From assembly GCA_965242695.1 (NCBI GenBank), contig CBDESU010000002.1, forward strand, positions 224,001-288,000: 64,000 nucleotides of DNA, given 5' to 3'. The notes under the pieces were generated by a model, which saw only the letters and a program-made list of their open reading frames with translations, searched no databases and was not told the origin of the DNA. The position numbers and the translations under genes are program-made. This stretch comes from Cenarchaeum sp. (lineage in GTDB: Archaea; Thermoproteota; Nitrososphaeria; Nitrososphaerales; Nitrosopumilaceae). Below, in pieces: positions 40,093 to 50,716 of the stretch. Positions within the stretch are counted from its first letter, which is position 1; every line of letters begins with the position of its first letter.

Positions 40093-42199
40093 ATGCAGAG
40101 GTACGAGACGCAGGACGGCGCGATGAGAAGGGCGCTGGCCGAGGCGCACGCCAGGATCGACTGGCTCGAGGCTGACGGTGCGCGCAAGGACGAAAAGATG
40201 GCCGACATGAGGAAAGAGATGACGGTCATGGGCGTGGAGTCAAGGCGCAAGGACGCCGAGATCGAGCTGTACAAGAAGATGCTCGAGGATGCGGGAATCA
40301 AGATCAAAAAGCTCGAGTCGAGCGAAAAGTACCACGACGGCCCCAACGTTCCCACGTCGACCGGGTCCCTGACGATGCGGCAGATGCAGAGGCAGGCCGT
40401 CGAGACGCGCCGCGCCGCGTCGACCGGCCGGGGCCCGGGCCGCGAGGCCGGCCACGAGGCCGGCCACGAGGGGACCACGGCCAAGATCGCCCCCGGGGCC
40501 CCGTCGAGGAGCGCTTCTGCAGGGCGACCCGGTGCCCGGACTGCGGCGGGACGGACCTGAAGGCCGAGACCGTCACAAAGCAGCTCGTCGACGTGGAGAT
40601 CAAAAAGATCGAAAAGTGGCTCGTCTTCCGCGACCTTGCATGCAGAGGGTGCGCACCCGGATAAGGGCGCCGCGGGACGGCGCCGTGGACGACACGGTGA
40701 TGGGATCCAACCTGCTCGCGATCGCCGGCGCCGTGCACGCCCACTGCCACGGCACGGCCGGCACGATCAGCGCGTTCCTGGACGACGGCCTAAACGTCAG
40801 TATCAAGCCGCCGGCGGTGGGCGCCGCAATCAACGCCGTCGGGCGAGGCCTGGCCGGGCGCGCGCAGCAGATACGCGACAAGGAGGAGATGCAGGCAAAC
40901 CCCGCCGAGGCAGACGAGACGGGCATGGTGACGTTCGTCGAAAAGGAGCCCGAGGACGACGGCAGCGCCCCGGGGACGGGCAGGAACCGGCGCCGGCGCG
41001 AGGCCAAGCGCGGGTACCTCTGGGTCGTACTGTCTAGGACGGCGGCCCGGGTCCACGCGGACCCGAGCAGGGCCGGCGCCGTCCTAGAGTGCAACTTTCC
41101 CGACCGCTGCTACGCCCCCACAGTCCACGACAAGCTCCAGCAGTACTACCACGTGTGCAGGTGCAGCCAGATGGACTACGTCCACCCCGCCCGGCACGCA
41201 AGGCATGCGATCATCAGGGCCGCGGCCGACCCCCAGAAAAGGGCAGTGGCCGAGGCCCTGCATGCGCGGTTCGTCTACGTGTTCAGGCGGGCAAGAAAAA
41301 TGGTCGAGGGCCACGGCGGGGCGTTCCAGGATCCCGACATCAGGAAGAAGGCGCAGTGGCTCGAGGACGAGGTCGCCGCCATAGCCGAGGACTACAGGGA
41401 GGCCGGCATCCAAGAGATGTACACCTACCTGCACGGGGCGGCAGGCCACATCGCCACGTTCATGCTGTATCCGGGCCTGTCGCCCGACACGACTGGCGTC
41501 GAGCGGTTCATGAAGTGGCTCATCGGCTGGCGCAAGAGCGGCGGCAGGACCGTCACGGCGACGGGCAGGAAAATATTCTCAGACATCGCCACGGTCGCCG
41601 GCTCGTACATGGTGCAGGAGCGCAGCTACGCCGACGCGATCAGGGAGGAGCTCGGATCCCCTCCTCCCCCAGAGTACGCCCAGATACGCGCCGAGGGATC
41701 CAGGTGGCACCTGTGTGCGCCCAGCCGCCGGCGCGGCCGCGGCCGGCGCGGCCCCCTGCCGGCTCCGGTCGCGCCGCGTGCCGGGGCCGACCCGCTCATC
41801 GCCGTGCCGGCGCGCGGGCCGGCGTCGAACGCGTGCGGCGCAGGGGCAAGGCCGGCGGGGCCGGAAAGGCAGGCAAAGCCGGGAACGCCGGCAAAGCCGG
41901 CGGGGCCGGAAAGGCAGGCAAGGCCGGCGGGGCCGGAAAGGCAGGCAAAGCCGGCAAAGCAGAGAACTGAAAGAGGGCGTCCCGGCGGAGCGGCACCACG
42001 AAGCGCACCCAAACAAAGCCAGCGGTGCTTTGCCGTGGCGGATGTGCCAGGGAAGGCAGCCGCCGCCGAGAAGGCCGGTAGGAAGCGGCCCGCTGCGCGG
42101 GCCCGTCCAGCTACCGTTCACGCCGCCCCCGTTGCGGCGCCGAGCGGCCCGGGACCTCCGTCGAACCGGGGGCCGCAGAACCTGGTAGCTGCTGCCTGA
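40093..42199 (+). pseudogene. IS66-family transposase, frameshifted
   Basis: Coiled-coil N-terminus, GHEGTT, CPDCG zinc ribbon in another frame, then DETG..GYLWV..SRAGAVL..VHD..YVHPARH..VERFMK. At least two frame breaks at ~40500-40660. Confidence 0.75.
41846..41960 (+). repeat. imperfect ~27-bp tandem repeats (ARPAGPERQ) in the transposase tail
   Basis: Unit gcaa(g/a)gccggcggggccggaaaggcag occurs three times with shorter variants. Confidence 0.6.
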
Positions 42200-42369
42200 C
42201 CCGATCCAATGGCCTACCGGTCGTCAACGGGACAACGTAAACCCGTACTAGCCCACCTAGCATCCCTGCACTCATATGCCACACAGGAGCAGGTTGACGC
42301 CTATGTCGACCTAAATACGCACGTGGGCCGCGTGCGCGGACTTATAGCCTGGGCGCCCGGGCGGCCGGC

Positions 42370-44811
42370 ATGGTTTGCGGTGCAGGTTCGGCCCGTCCCC
42401 GGCCGCCGTCCCTGTTGCTTGCCGTTGCCGCCGCGGCCGCCCTGTCGTTGCTCCTGCCTGCTGCGGTGCCGGGGCCGGATGCTGCCCATGCCCAGTCCAT
42501 GCCCCCGCCGGCCGCCGGGAATTATACCGCCGGCAACTATACCGCCGGCGACGGCCCCGGCGAGTTCAGGGCGCCGGAGGGCGTTGCCCTGTTTGAGAAC
42601 GGCACGCTCGTCGTTGCCGACACGGGCAACCATCGCATCCAGGTGTTCGGCCCCAACGGCATGTTCCTGTTCGCGTTTGGCTCGGAGGGCGACGGCCCCG
42701 GCGAGTTCAGGGCCCCGGCGGCAGTTTCTATCGACTTGTCGGGTGGTCGGCTCGTCGTTGCCGACACGGGCAACCATCGCATCCAGGTGTTCAATTTCAG
42801 CGGCGCCCACGTCCTCACGTTCGGCTCGGAGGGCAATGGTACGGGGGAGCTCCGGTTTCCGGCGTCGGCCACCGGAGGCATAAACTTCTTTGATGATTTC
42901 GTCGTTGCCGACACGGGCAACCATCGAGTCCAGACCTTCTATGCCAACGGCACTCATGCCCGCACATTGGGATCGCATGCCGATCGTCACTCGTTTGGAA
43001 CGTACGGCAATGACAGTGACTGGGAGTTTGAGAGCCCAATGGCCGTCCTTAGCCGGCTTGGCAGCTTGGAGTTTGCCGTTGCCGACACGGGCAACGATCG
43101 CGTCCAGGTTTTTAACTACCATCACGATCGATTGATCGAGTTGACGTATGAACGGAGTCTAGGATCTCACGGCGACGGCCCTAGGGAGTTTGACGGCCCC
43201 AGGTCGCTTGACTGGGCGCGTGGGTCTAGGATGATCGTTGCCGACACGGGCAACGATCGCGTCCAGCAGGTTGCGAGCACCACTACCGTGTTCGACTTTA
43301 CGTTCGGGTCGCACGGCTCCGGCCCGGGCGAGTTCATGGCGCCGGGGGGCGCATCCATGAACTTTGCCGAAAAGCTTGCCGTCGCCGACACGGGCAACGA
43401 TCGCGTCCAGGTATTCCATCCAAACCGGACGCTACACTTCATACTTGGGTTGCAGGGCGACGGCAACGGCACGGATCCCGTCCGGCGGCCGCCGCCGGAC
43501 GGCAACGGGGGCACGCCGCCGCCGGACGGCAACGGGGGCACGCCGCCGCCGGACGGCAACGGGGGCACGCCGCCGCCGGACGGCAACGGGGGCACGCCGC
43601 CGCCGGACGGCAACGGGGGCACGCCGCCGCCGGACGGCAACGGGGGCACGCCGCCGCCGGACGGCAACGGGGGCACGCCGCCGCCGGACGGCAACGGGGG
43701 CACGCCGCCGCCGGACGGCAACGGGGGCACGCCGCCGCCGGACGGCAACGGGGGCACGCCGCCGCCGGACGGCAACGGGGGCACGCCGCCGCCGGACGGC
43801 AACGGGGGCACGCCGCCGCCGGTGCCGCCGGCCGACCTCTCCCACATCGCCCCTGACCGGAACGGCATGCTTCCGCCCAACCAGACCGGGATCTCGAGAG
43901 AGGCGGCTACAGTCGAGTTTGCCCTCCGCACCAACTTTACCCGCTCCGGCACCGGGGAGGCGTACACCGGGCAGATCAACGTCACGGTTGCCAGCGACGA
44001 GAGGCGGGCGGTAGCCTTGGCCGCTCTTGCGGGGCTTGGGAACGCAAGCGCGGCCGGCAGGATTGGCACCGTCGTGGAGATCGGCAGCCCCGATGCGGAC
44101 ATTGCGCTGGACGGCATCGCGATCATACTGCTCCAAGGCCAGCCGCCGCATGCCAAGCTCTACCACATGGACAGCGCCGGCCGCATAACGGAGGTGCCCG
44201 GGTGCGGCAGCGCCGCGGATCCGGCAGGCTGGTTGGGGGGTGCCCCGGCCTCGACGCCGTTCTGCCATGCCGCATCGGGAGGTAGTGCTGAGATGTGGGA
44301 CTATGCGGTCTACACTTACCGCCTGAGCGCGTTCTTCGCAGTCGGGGCGCCTCTGCTGTTGCCGCCGCCGACGGGCGGCGCGGACAGCTGCTCGATAGGC
44401 CTTGCCGACGAGTCACTTGCCGTGAGCGCCGCCCCGGGCAAGGCCTCGCAGCCGGTCCGGCAGACCATAAACAACACGGGCTCGCTGGTCGTCAAGAGCG
44501 TCGAGATCAGCGCGACGCGGTGGTTTCTCGATCCCGTGGGCGATCCCCCGCACGGCGCGGATGCCGCATCGCTGCCGTCTACCCTCACCGAGATAAGCAC
44601 GGTGGATCCTGCCCGCGGCGCGTTCGCGGCCCTGCCCGCGGACGGGACGGCGTCGCTGCCGCTGGATGACGGCCTGCGGCCCGACGGCGAGCGCCACCTG
44701 TGGTTCAGGATCAACTTGGACGGGGCGGCGCCCCCGCCGCCGCCCCCCGACGGCGGGCTACTCGTGCAGAGTGTGGAGTATATCGCCGAGTGTGCCGCCC
44801 CGCCGCCCTGA
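42370..44811 (+). CDS. secreted NHL-repeat protein with Pro/Gly stalk (813 aa)
   Basis: Signal peptide, repeated VADTGNHRIQVF..FGSEGDGPGEF, (PPPDGNGGT)12 linker, two C-terminal domains. Confidence 0.9.
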   Translation: MVCGAGSARPRPPSLLLAVAAAAALSLLLPAAVPGPDAAHAQSMPPPAAGNYTAGNYTAGDGPGEFRAPEGVALFENGTLVVADTGNHRIQVFGPNGMFLFAFGSEGDGPGEFRAPAAVSIDLSGGRLVVADTGNHRIQVFNFSGAHVLTFGSEGNGTGELRFPASATGGINFFDDFVVADTGNHRVQTFYANGTHARTLGSHADRHSFGTYGNDSDWEFESPMAVLSRLGSLEFAVADTGNDRVQVFNYHHDRLIELTYERSLGSHGDGPREFDGPRSLDWARGSRMIVADTGNDRVQQVASTTTVFDFTFGSHGSGPGEFMAPGGASMNFAEKLAVADTGNDRVQVFHPNRTLHFILGLQGDGNGTDPVRRPPPDGNGGTPPPDGNGGTPPPDGNGGTPPPDGNGGTPPPDGNGGTPPPDGNGGTPPPDGNGGTPPPDGNGGTPPPDGNGGTPPPDGNGGTPPPDGNGGTPPPDGNGGTPPPVPPADLSHIAPDRNGMLPPNQTGISREAATVEFALRTNFTRSGTGEAYTGQINVTVASDERRAVALAALAGLGNASAAGRIGTVVEIGSPDADIALDGIAIILLQGQPPHAKLYHMDSAGRITEVPGCGSAADPAGWLGGAPASTPFCHAASGGSAEMWDYAVYTYRLSAFFAVGAPLLLPPPTGGADSCSIGLADESLAVSAAPGKASQPVRQTINNTGSLVVKSVEISATRWFLDPVGDPPHGADAASLPSTLTEISTVDPARGAFAALPADGTASLPLDDGLRPDGERHLWFRINLDGAAPPPPPPDGGLLVQSVEYIAECAAPPP
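43489..43812 (+). repeat. perfect 27-bp coding tandem repeat x12
   Basis: Unit CCGCCGCCGGACGGCAACGGGGGCACG; 324 bp = 12 units; no spacers. Confidence 0.95.
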
Positions 44812-44898
44812 CGTCAGGGCCGCGGGCTTGAATTTTTTTGGGCGGCCGCGACGCCTAGGGCCGAAGCTTTTATTAATACCCCCTCCCGCGTCGTCGGG

Positions 44899-47800
44899 TT
44901 GCCGACGTCTCGGGCCTTCCTGCCGTTGCTCGCCATTGCCGCTGTGGCGGTGGTGTTGGGCGCCGCCCCGCTTGCGGCCTATGCCGAGACCGGTGGCGAT
45001 GCAATGGACGGCCTGCGGCCCGGCACGATCGTTGTTGCCGACACTGCCGGCGATCGCGTCCAGGTGTTCAGCCCCGACGGCGCCCATGCCTTTGACATTG
45101 GCTCGCGTGGCGCAGGCGACGGGCAGTTCTCGGCGCCCGAGGGCGCCGCGATAAGCGCCGACGGCTTGATTGCCGTTGCCGACACTGGCAACCATCGCGT
45201 CCAGGTATTCTATCCGAACGGCACGTTTGCCCGCGCCTTCGGGTCGCAGGGCAGCGCCGTCGGGCAGTTCACGAGCCCCGCAGCCGTTGCGTTCGCGCCG
45301 CAGGGCGACCTGCTCGCCGTTGCCGACACGGGCAACCATCGCGTCTACATTTACCACGTCGACGGCGTGCCGGCATTCATGGCCGGGTCGCAGGGCTCTG
45401 GCCCCGGCGAGTTCTCGGGGCCGAAGGGCGTGGCGATCACGCGCGATCGCCTGCTCGCCGTTGCCGACACGGGCAACGATCGCGTGCAGGTCTTGGAGCC
45501 CGACGGCACGCCCGTATTCGAGTTTGGATCCCGCGGCTCCGGCAACGGGCAGTTTGCGGCCCCCCACGCCGTCGACCTGGACAGGGAGGGCGCGCGGCTC
45601 ATCGTTGCCGACACGGGCAACCATCGCGTCCAGGTGTTCGATTACGTAGGGCGCGGCGAGGCAAATCAAGCCGCCGAGTTCTCGTTTGCCGTGGGCTCGT
45701 TCGGCATTGGTAACGGGCAGTTTGCATCCCCCGCGGCCGCCGCCTTTGATACGGCCGGCGCGCGGCTCATCGTTGCCGACACGGGCAACGACCGCGTCCA
45801 GATCCTAGACGGCGCCGACGGCGGGTTCGTTTCCGAGTTCGGGGGACTTGGCGCGGCAAGTGGGCAGCTCGGCTACATGAAGTATCCATCGGCCGCGTTG
45901 CCTGCGTTGCCGCCGTCGATCATGTCGGTAGCGCTGCCGGGCGGCGCCGTTGGGGCCGGCGCCGTTGGGGCCGGCGCCGTGGGCGGCATGTCTGGCCATG
46001 GGCCGTCTATTTTGCCTCCCCAAGTCAAGTTTAACGCCCCGTTTGCCGTGGTTGATACCGGGCATGACCGTGTCATGTTATTCAGCGGCGAGGGCATCCC
46101 TATTCTCCATTTGGGGAATGCAGGTACTGCCCGCGGCGAGTTCCACACCGTGGTGGCGGCCGCCTATTCCCCGTCGGGTGACATGATTGCCGTGGCCGAC
46201 GAGCACAGGAACCGCATCCTGCTGTTCCACTTCAACGGCACGTTTGCCGACGAGTTCGGATCTGATGATCCCATCCGCGCCAACTTCGGCCGCTCCGGCG
46301 GCTCTGGCCCAGGGCAGTTCAACGGGCCCGTGTCCGTGGCATATTCCCCATCGGGCGACAGGATTGCCGTGGCCGATCATGGTAACAATCGCGTCCAGTT
46401 GTTTTACCCTGACGGCGACTTTGCCCTCGCGTTTGGCAAGTCAGGTACGGAGATCGGGCAGTTTGATCGGCCGTATTCCGTGTCGTATACACCGTCGGGC
46501 GACAGGATAATTGTGGCGCATGAGGGCACTCACGGCGCCCAGATCTTTTACCCCGACGGCACGCCCGCCGGGACGCTTGGATCGTACGGGGGCGGCAGTA
46601 ACGAGTATCAGTTTCCGCGTTCCGCACAGTATACACCGTCGGGCGACAAGATCGCCATGGCTGATTTCAACAACCACGGCGTTTGGGTTATCGGGGCCTA
46701 CGGCGCATTCGCTGACAAGTTCGGAACGAGGGGGTACGGCGCCGGACAGGTTAACTCTCCGTACTCGGCTACCTATTCCCCGACCGGCGACGTGATCGCC
46801 GTCGCCGACACGGGCAACAGCCGCATCACCCTGTTATTCGCCGACGATGGGGCGCCCGCCGGCGAATTCGGGGAACGGCAACCGGGATCACGTGTCTATT
46901 TTCAGTTCCCGCGTGACATTGTGTTCGCGCCGCCGCCCCCACCGCGTTCCCCGTTGCCAGGCATGCTGGCCGTCGCCGACTCCGGCAACGATCGCGTGCA
47001 GATGTTTCGGGGCGACGGCACGTTCGCAGGCAAGTTTGGATCCACCGGCAACGGCAGCAGGGAATTCAACAAGCCAGTCGACGCGGCATGGTCGCCGGAC
47101 GGAAAGAAGATCGCCGTCGCCGACTCCGGCAACGACCGCGTGCAGGTGTTCGCGCCAAACGGCGCCCACATCCTCGCGATCGGCACGTCCGGCACCGGCA
47201 ACGGGCAGTTTGACGATCCGACTTCCGCGGCATGGTCGCCGGACGGAAAGAAGATCGCCGTCGCCGACTCCGGCAACGATCGCGTGCAGGTGTTCAATGC
47301 GACTGACGCCAGCCACATCCGCACGTTCGGCACGTCCGGCACCGGCAACGGGCAATTCAACAAGCCCGTCGCCGCGGCATGGTCGCCCCTTGGCCTTCGC
47401 ATCGCCGTCGCCGACTCCGGCAACGACCGCGTGCAGGTGTTTCGGCCCGACGGCACGTTTACTCTAAAGTTCGGCGAGCGGGGCACCGGCAACGGGCAGT
47501 TTGACGATCCGGCTTCCGCGTCATGGTCGCCGGACGGAAAGAAGATCGCCGTCGCCGACTCCGGCAACGACCGCGTGCAGGTATTCCACGCCAACGGCAC
47601 GTTCATCCTAAAGTTCGGCGAGCGGGGCACCGGAAACGGGCAGTTTGACGATCCGGCTTCCGCGTCATGGTCGCCGGACGGAAAGAAGATCGCCGTCGCC
47701 GACTATAACGACCGCGTGCAGGTATTTCATGCCGACAACGGCACGCTGGACGTCAAGTTCGGCGAGCGTGGCGCCGGAAACGGATACCTTTCGAATCCCC

Positions 47801-49656
47801 GTTCCGTCGCATTCGCGGACGTGTCGATGCCGTCGCCCGATATAGGCCCTGCCGCGCCCCCTGCCGACATGCTAACGCCTGGCATGATCGTCGCAACAGA
47901 GCAGGGCAACCACCGCGTCCAGCTATTCCACGCCAACGGGACGTTCGTATCCGCGTTCGGATCAGAGGGCAGTGCCAACGGCATGTTTACCCGGCCCGCG
48001 TCCGCGGCCGTCAATCCGCACGATCACAAGATCGCCGTCGCCGACATGGACAACCACCGCGTCCAGGTATTCCACGCCAACGGGACGTTCAACTTTGCGT
48101 TTGGATCGCGGGGCACCGACCACGGAAAGTTCGAGTTTCCGAATTCCGTGGCGTATTCCCCAAGCGGCAAGAAGATCGCCGTCGCCGACTATGGCAACAA
48201 CCGCATCCAGGTATTTGATGCCGCCAACGGCGCGTTCGACTTTTCGTTTGGATCCTACGGGTTCCAAAACGGCCAGTTCCAAACGCCGCGCGCGGTAGCA
48301 TACTCCCCGAACGGCGCAAACATTGCGGTTGCCGACGGGTGGAATAACCGCGTGCAGATATTCCACGCCGCCAACGGCGCGCATATCCGCAACGCGGGTT
48401 TGGGAGAGGGCACCGCCGACGGCCAATTCAACCTTGTGCGTTCCGTCGCGTATTCCCCCGACGGGAGCAAGATCGTCGCCGTCGATCGCGGAAACAACCG
48501 CGTGCAGGTATTCCACGCCGGCAATGGATCCCACGCCCTTACGTTCGGGGCCGAGGGGGCCGGCAACGGTAATTTTAACAAGCCGATCGTCGCCGCATGG
48601 TCGCCGGACGGCGCATCAATAGCGGTAGCCGACCAGGGAAACGACCGCATCCAGGTATTCGATGCCGAGACCGGCGCCTTTAACTTCACGCTCGGCGGGC
48701 CCGGTACCGTCAACGGCAGGTTTGATCGGCCCATATCCGTCGCGTTCGTTCCGCCGCCAGCGTTCACATATCTCGCTGTCGCCGACCGCGGCAACCACCG
48801 CATCCAGATATTCGGTGCGGACACCGGCGCCTTTGTTTCCAAGTTCGGGCAACTCGGCAACGACGACGGGGAGTTCAACCTCCCGACAGGTATCGGGTAT
48901 TCGCCCGACGGCGAGCGGCTGGCCGTGGGCGACTATTATTCCAGTCACCGCATCCAGGTGTTCGATGCGGACACCGGCGCATTCGTGTTCAAGTTTGGGC
49001 AGTTTGGTAGAATCGCAAACGGGTCGCTCAACTACCCGACCGATGCCGCATACTCGCCCGACGGCGAGCGGCTGGCCGTGGCCGACTTTAGAAACCACCG
49101 CATCCAGATATTCGATGCGGACACCGGCGCCTTTGTTTCCAAGTTCGGGCAGCGCGGCTACGGCAACGGGTCGTTCTCATATCCGATATCCGTCGCCTAC
49201 TCGCCCGACGGCGAGCGGCTGGCCGTGGGCGACCAGAGCAGCCGCATCCAGATATTCGATGCGGACACCGGCGCCTTTGTTTCCAAGTTCGGGCGAAGCG
49301 GCACCGCCGACGGGTCGTTCGTCGGTATGTTTGGAATTGATTACTCGTTGCCCGACGGCGAGCGGCTGGCCGTGGCCGATCGCTTTAACCACCGCATCCA
49401 GGTGTTCGATGCGGACACCGGCGCATTCGTGTTCAAGTTCGGGCAACACGGCAACGCCAGCGGATCGCTCATCTATCCGAGCGATGTGGCCTACTCGCCC
49501 GACGGCGAGCGGCTGGCCGTGGCCGATCGCTTTAACCACCGCATCCAGGTGTTCGATGCGGACACCGGCGCATTCGTGTTCAAGTTCGGGCAACACGGCA
49601 ACGCCGACGGGTCGCTCTCATGGCCGGTGTCCGTCGACTATTCCCCGTTGCCGTAG
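44899..49656 (+). CDS. giant secreted NHL-repeat (multi beta-propeller) protein (1585 aa)
   Basis: Signal peptide and dozens of SPDG..IAVAD.GN.RVQVF repeats in blocks separated by Pro-rich linkers. TATTAATA at 44871-44878. Confidence 0.92.
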   Translation: MPTSRAFLPLLAIAAVAVVLGAAPLAAYAETGGDAMDGLRPGTIVVADTAGDRVQVFSPDGAHAFDIGSRGAGDGQFSAPEGAAISADGLIAVADTGNHRVQVFYPNGTFARAFGSQGSAVGQFTSPAAVAFAPQGDLLAVADTGNHRVYIYHVDGVPAFMAGSQGSGPGEFSGPKGVAITRDRLLAVADTGNDRVQVLEPDGTPVFEFGSRGSGNGQFAAPHAVDLDREGARLIVADTGNHRVQVFDYVGRGEANQAAEFSFAVGSFGIGNGQFASPAAAAFDTAGARLIVADTGNDRVQILDGADGGFVSEFGGLGAASGQLGYMKYPSAALPALPPSIMSVALPGGAVGAGAVGAGAVGGMSGHGPSILPPQVKFNAPFAVVDTGHDRVMLFSGEGIPILHLGNAGTARGEFHTVVAAAYSPSGDMIAVADEHRNRILLFHFNGTFADEFGSDDPIRANFGRSGGSGPGQFNGPVSVAYSPSGDRIAVADHGNNRVQLFYPDGDFALAFGKSGTEIGQFDRPYSVSYTPSGDRIIVAHEGTHGAQIFYPDGTPAGTLGSYGGGSNEYQFPRSAQYTPSGDKIAMADFNNHGVWVIGAYGAFADKFGTRGYGAGQVNSPYSATYSPTGDVIAVADTGNSRITLLFADDGAPAGEFGERQPGSRVYFQFPRDIVFAPPPPPRSPLPGMLAVADSGNDRVQMFRGDGTFAGKFGSTGNGSREFNKPVDAAWSPDGKKIAVADSGNDRVQVFAPNGAHILAIGTSGTGNGQFDDPTSAAWSPDGKKIAVADSGNDRVQVFNATDASHIRTFGTSGTGNGQFNKPVAAAWSPLGLRIAVADSGNDRVQVFRPDGTFTLKFGERGTGNGQFDDPASASWSPDGKKIAVADSGNDRVQVFHANGTFILKFGERGTGNGQFDDPASASWSPDGKKIAVADYNDRVQVFHADNGTLDVKFGERGAGNGYLSNPRSVAFADVSMPSPDIGPAAPPADMLTPGMIVATEQGNHRVQLFHANGTFVSAFGSEGSANGMFTRPASAAVNPHDHKIAVADMDNHRVQVFHANGTFNFAFGSRGTDHGKFEFPNSVAYSPSGKKIAVADYGNNRIQVFDAANGAFDFSFGSYGFQNGQFQTPRAVAYSPNGANIAVADGWNNRVQIFHAANGAHIRNAGLGEGTADGQFNLVRSVAYSPDGSKIVAVDRGNNRVQVFHAGNGSHALTFGAEGAGNGNFNKPIVAAWSPDGASIAVADQGNDRIQVFDAETGAFNFTLGGPGTVNGRFDRPISVAFVPPPAFTYLAVADRGNHRIQIFGADTGAFVSKFGQLGNDDGEFNLPTGIGYSPDGERLAVGDYYSSHRIQVFDADTGAFVFKFGQFGRIANGSLNYPTDAAYSPDGERLAVADFRNHRIQIFDADTGAFVSKFGQRGYGNGSFSYPISVAYSPDGERLAVGDQSSRIQIFDADTGAFVSKFGRSGTADGSFVGMFGIDYSLPDGERLAVADRFNHRIQVFDADTGAFVFKFGQHGNASGSLIYPSDVAYSPDGERLAVADRFNHRIQVFDADTGAFVFKFGQHGNADGSLSWPVSVDYSPLP

Positions 49657-49854
49657 ACGTTCGCTAGGACGGCGCCGGTAGCGGCTTGTTGTCTTGAATT
49701 TTTTGACGGTTTCCGTGCAGTGCATGCCCTGGCGGGCCGGACGGGCCCCGCCCCCATGGCCCATGGGGATGGCCGCCGGCGGGCCGGACGGGCCCCGCCC
49801 CCGCCCCAGGCGCCGACGTTGATTATTCGTAAGTGATCAGGTGATCTGGCCGCT

Positions 49855-50716
49855 CTAGACGTACTTTACGAGCTCCTCCCGGTAGTCCTTGCCCTGCGAC
49901 TTCCACGTCATGACACAGGCGAACAGGTTGCCCATCCACTCCATCGTCTCGACGGCCCGGATGGCCCCGCGTATCTTCCTGTGCACGACGATCTCGCGCA
50001 GCCCGCGCTCGGCGATGTTGTTCGTCGGGGGGATGGTGGGGTCCACCACAAACTCGAACAGGTCGCCGGCGGCCCGGTCCAGCTTGCCCATGAACTTGCC
50101 GAGGACGGGATCGTCGATGTACTGCCGCGCGATGTACCGCGTCCGCCGGATCAGCCGCCTCCGGGCGGCCTTCCTGGCCCCGATCGTCTTGCACGTCTTG
50201 GATGCGGCGACCGCATCGTTGAATATCCTCTCGATCATGCGCGTGACGTGCGCCGCGTTCCAGTCGTCCTGGTTTTTGGCCTGGATGTCGTGCATCTCGC
50301 GCAGTATGTGCGCCCAGTAGCGCTGGATGTGGTACGCCCAGTACGCCTGCCACCCGTCGCAGACGATCGTTCCGGCCCACTTTCCGAGCACCTCCTCAAG
50401 CACCTTGCGGCCCCTCGAGTCCCGTATGACGTAGACCGCCATGCCCGTGATCGGGTCGGTTATGATCCAGACCCACACCAGCTTGCCGTTGAGGCTGAAC
50501 TACGTCTCGTCGACGTTGAGTACGTTGCAGGCTAGCAGCATCGCCGCCAGGATCGCGTTTGCCGGCACCGCCAGGGCCTTGCCCGTCCTCTTGACCACGT
50601 TGTGGGCGGTGCCGGCCGACATGGGGACGCCCCTGCGGGTCATTTTTTCGGCGATCCTGCGGTTCGTCAGGCGGTCGACAAAGTTTTCGGTCGTCTCCAC
50701 GACCACGTTCTTGCCG
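49855..50716 (-). pseudogene. IS66 transposase C-terminal part
   Basis: VLNVDET*FSLNG (in-frame TAG at 50500-50502), WVW, SRGRKV, VCDGWQAY, QRYWAHILRE, PPTNNIAERGLRE. Confidence 0.85.

Larger units (their letters stand above)
39707..42323. mobile_element. IS66-like element bounded by 17-bp perfect inverted repeats
   Basis: CGTGCGTATTTAGGTCG (39707-39723) and its reverse complement (42307-42323) enclose a small gene and an IS66-type transposase. Confidence 0.75.

Noticed and set aside
43489-43812. CRISPR-like repeat array
   Set aside because: The units are contiguous without spacers, lie in frame within a CDS, and no cas genes are present.
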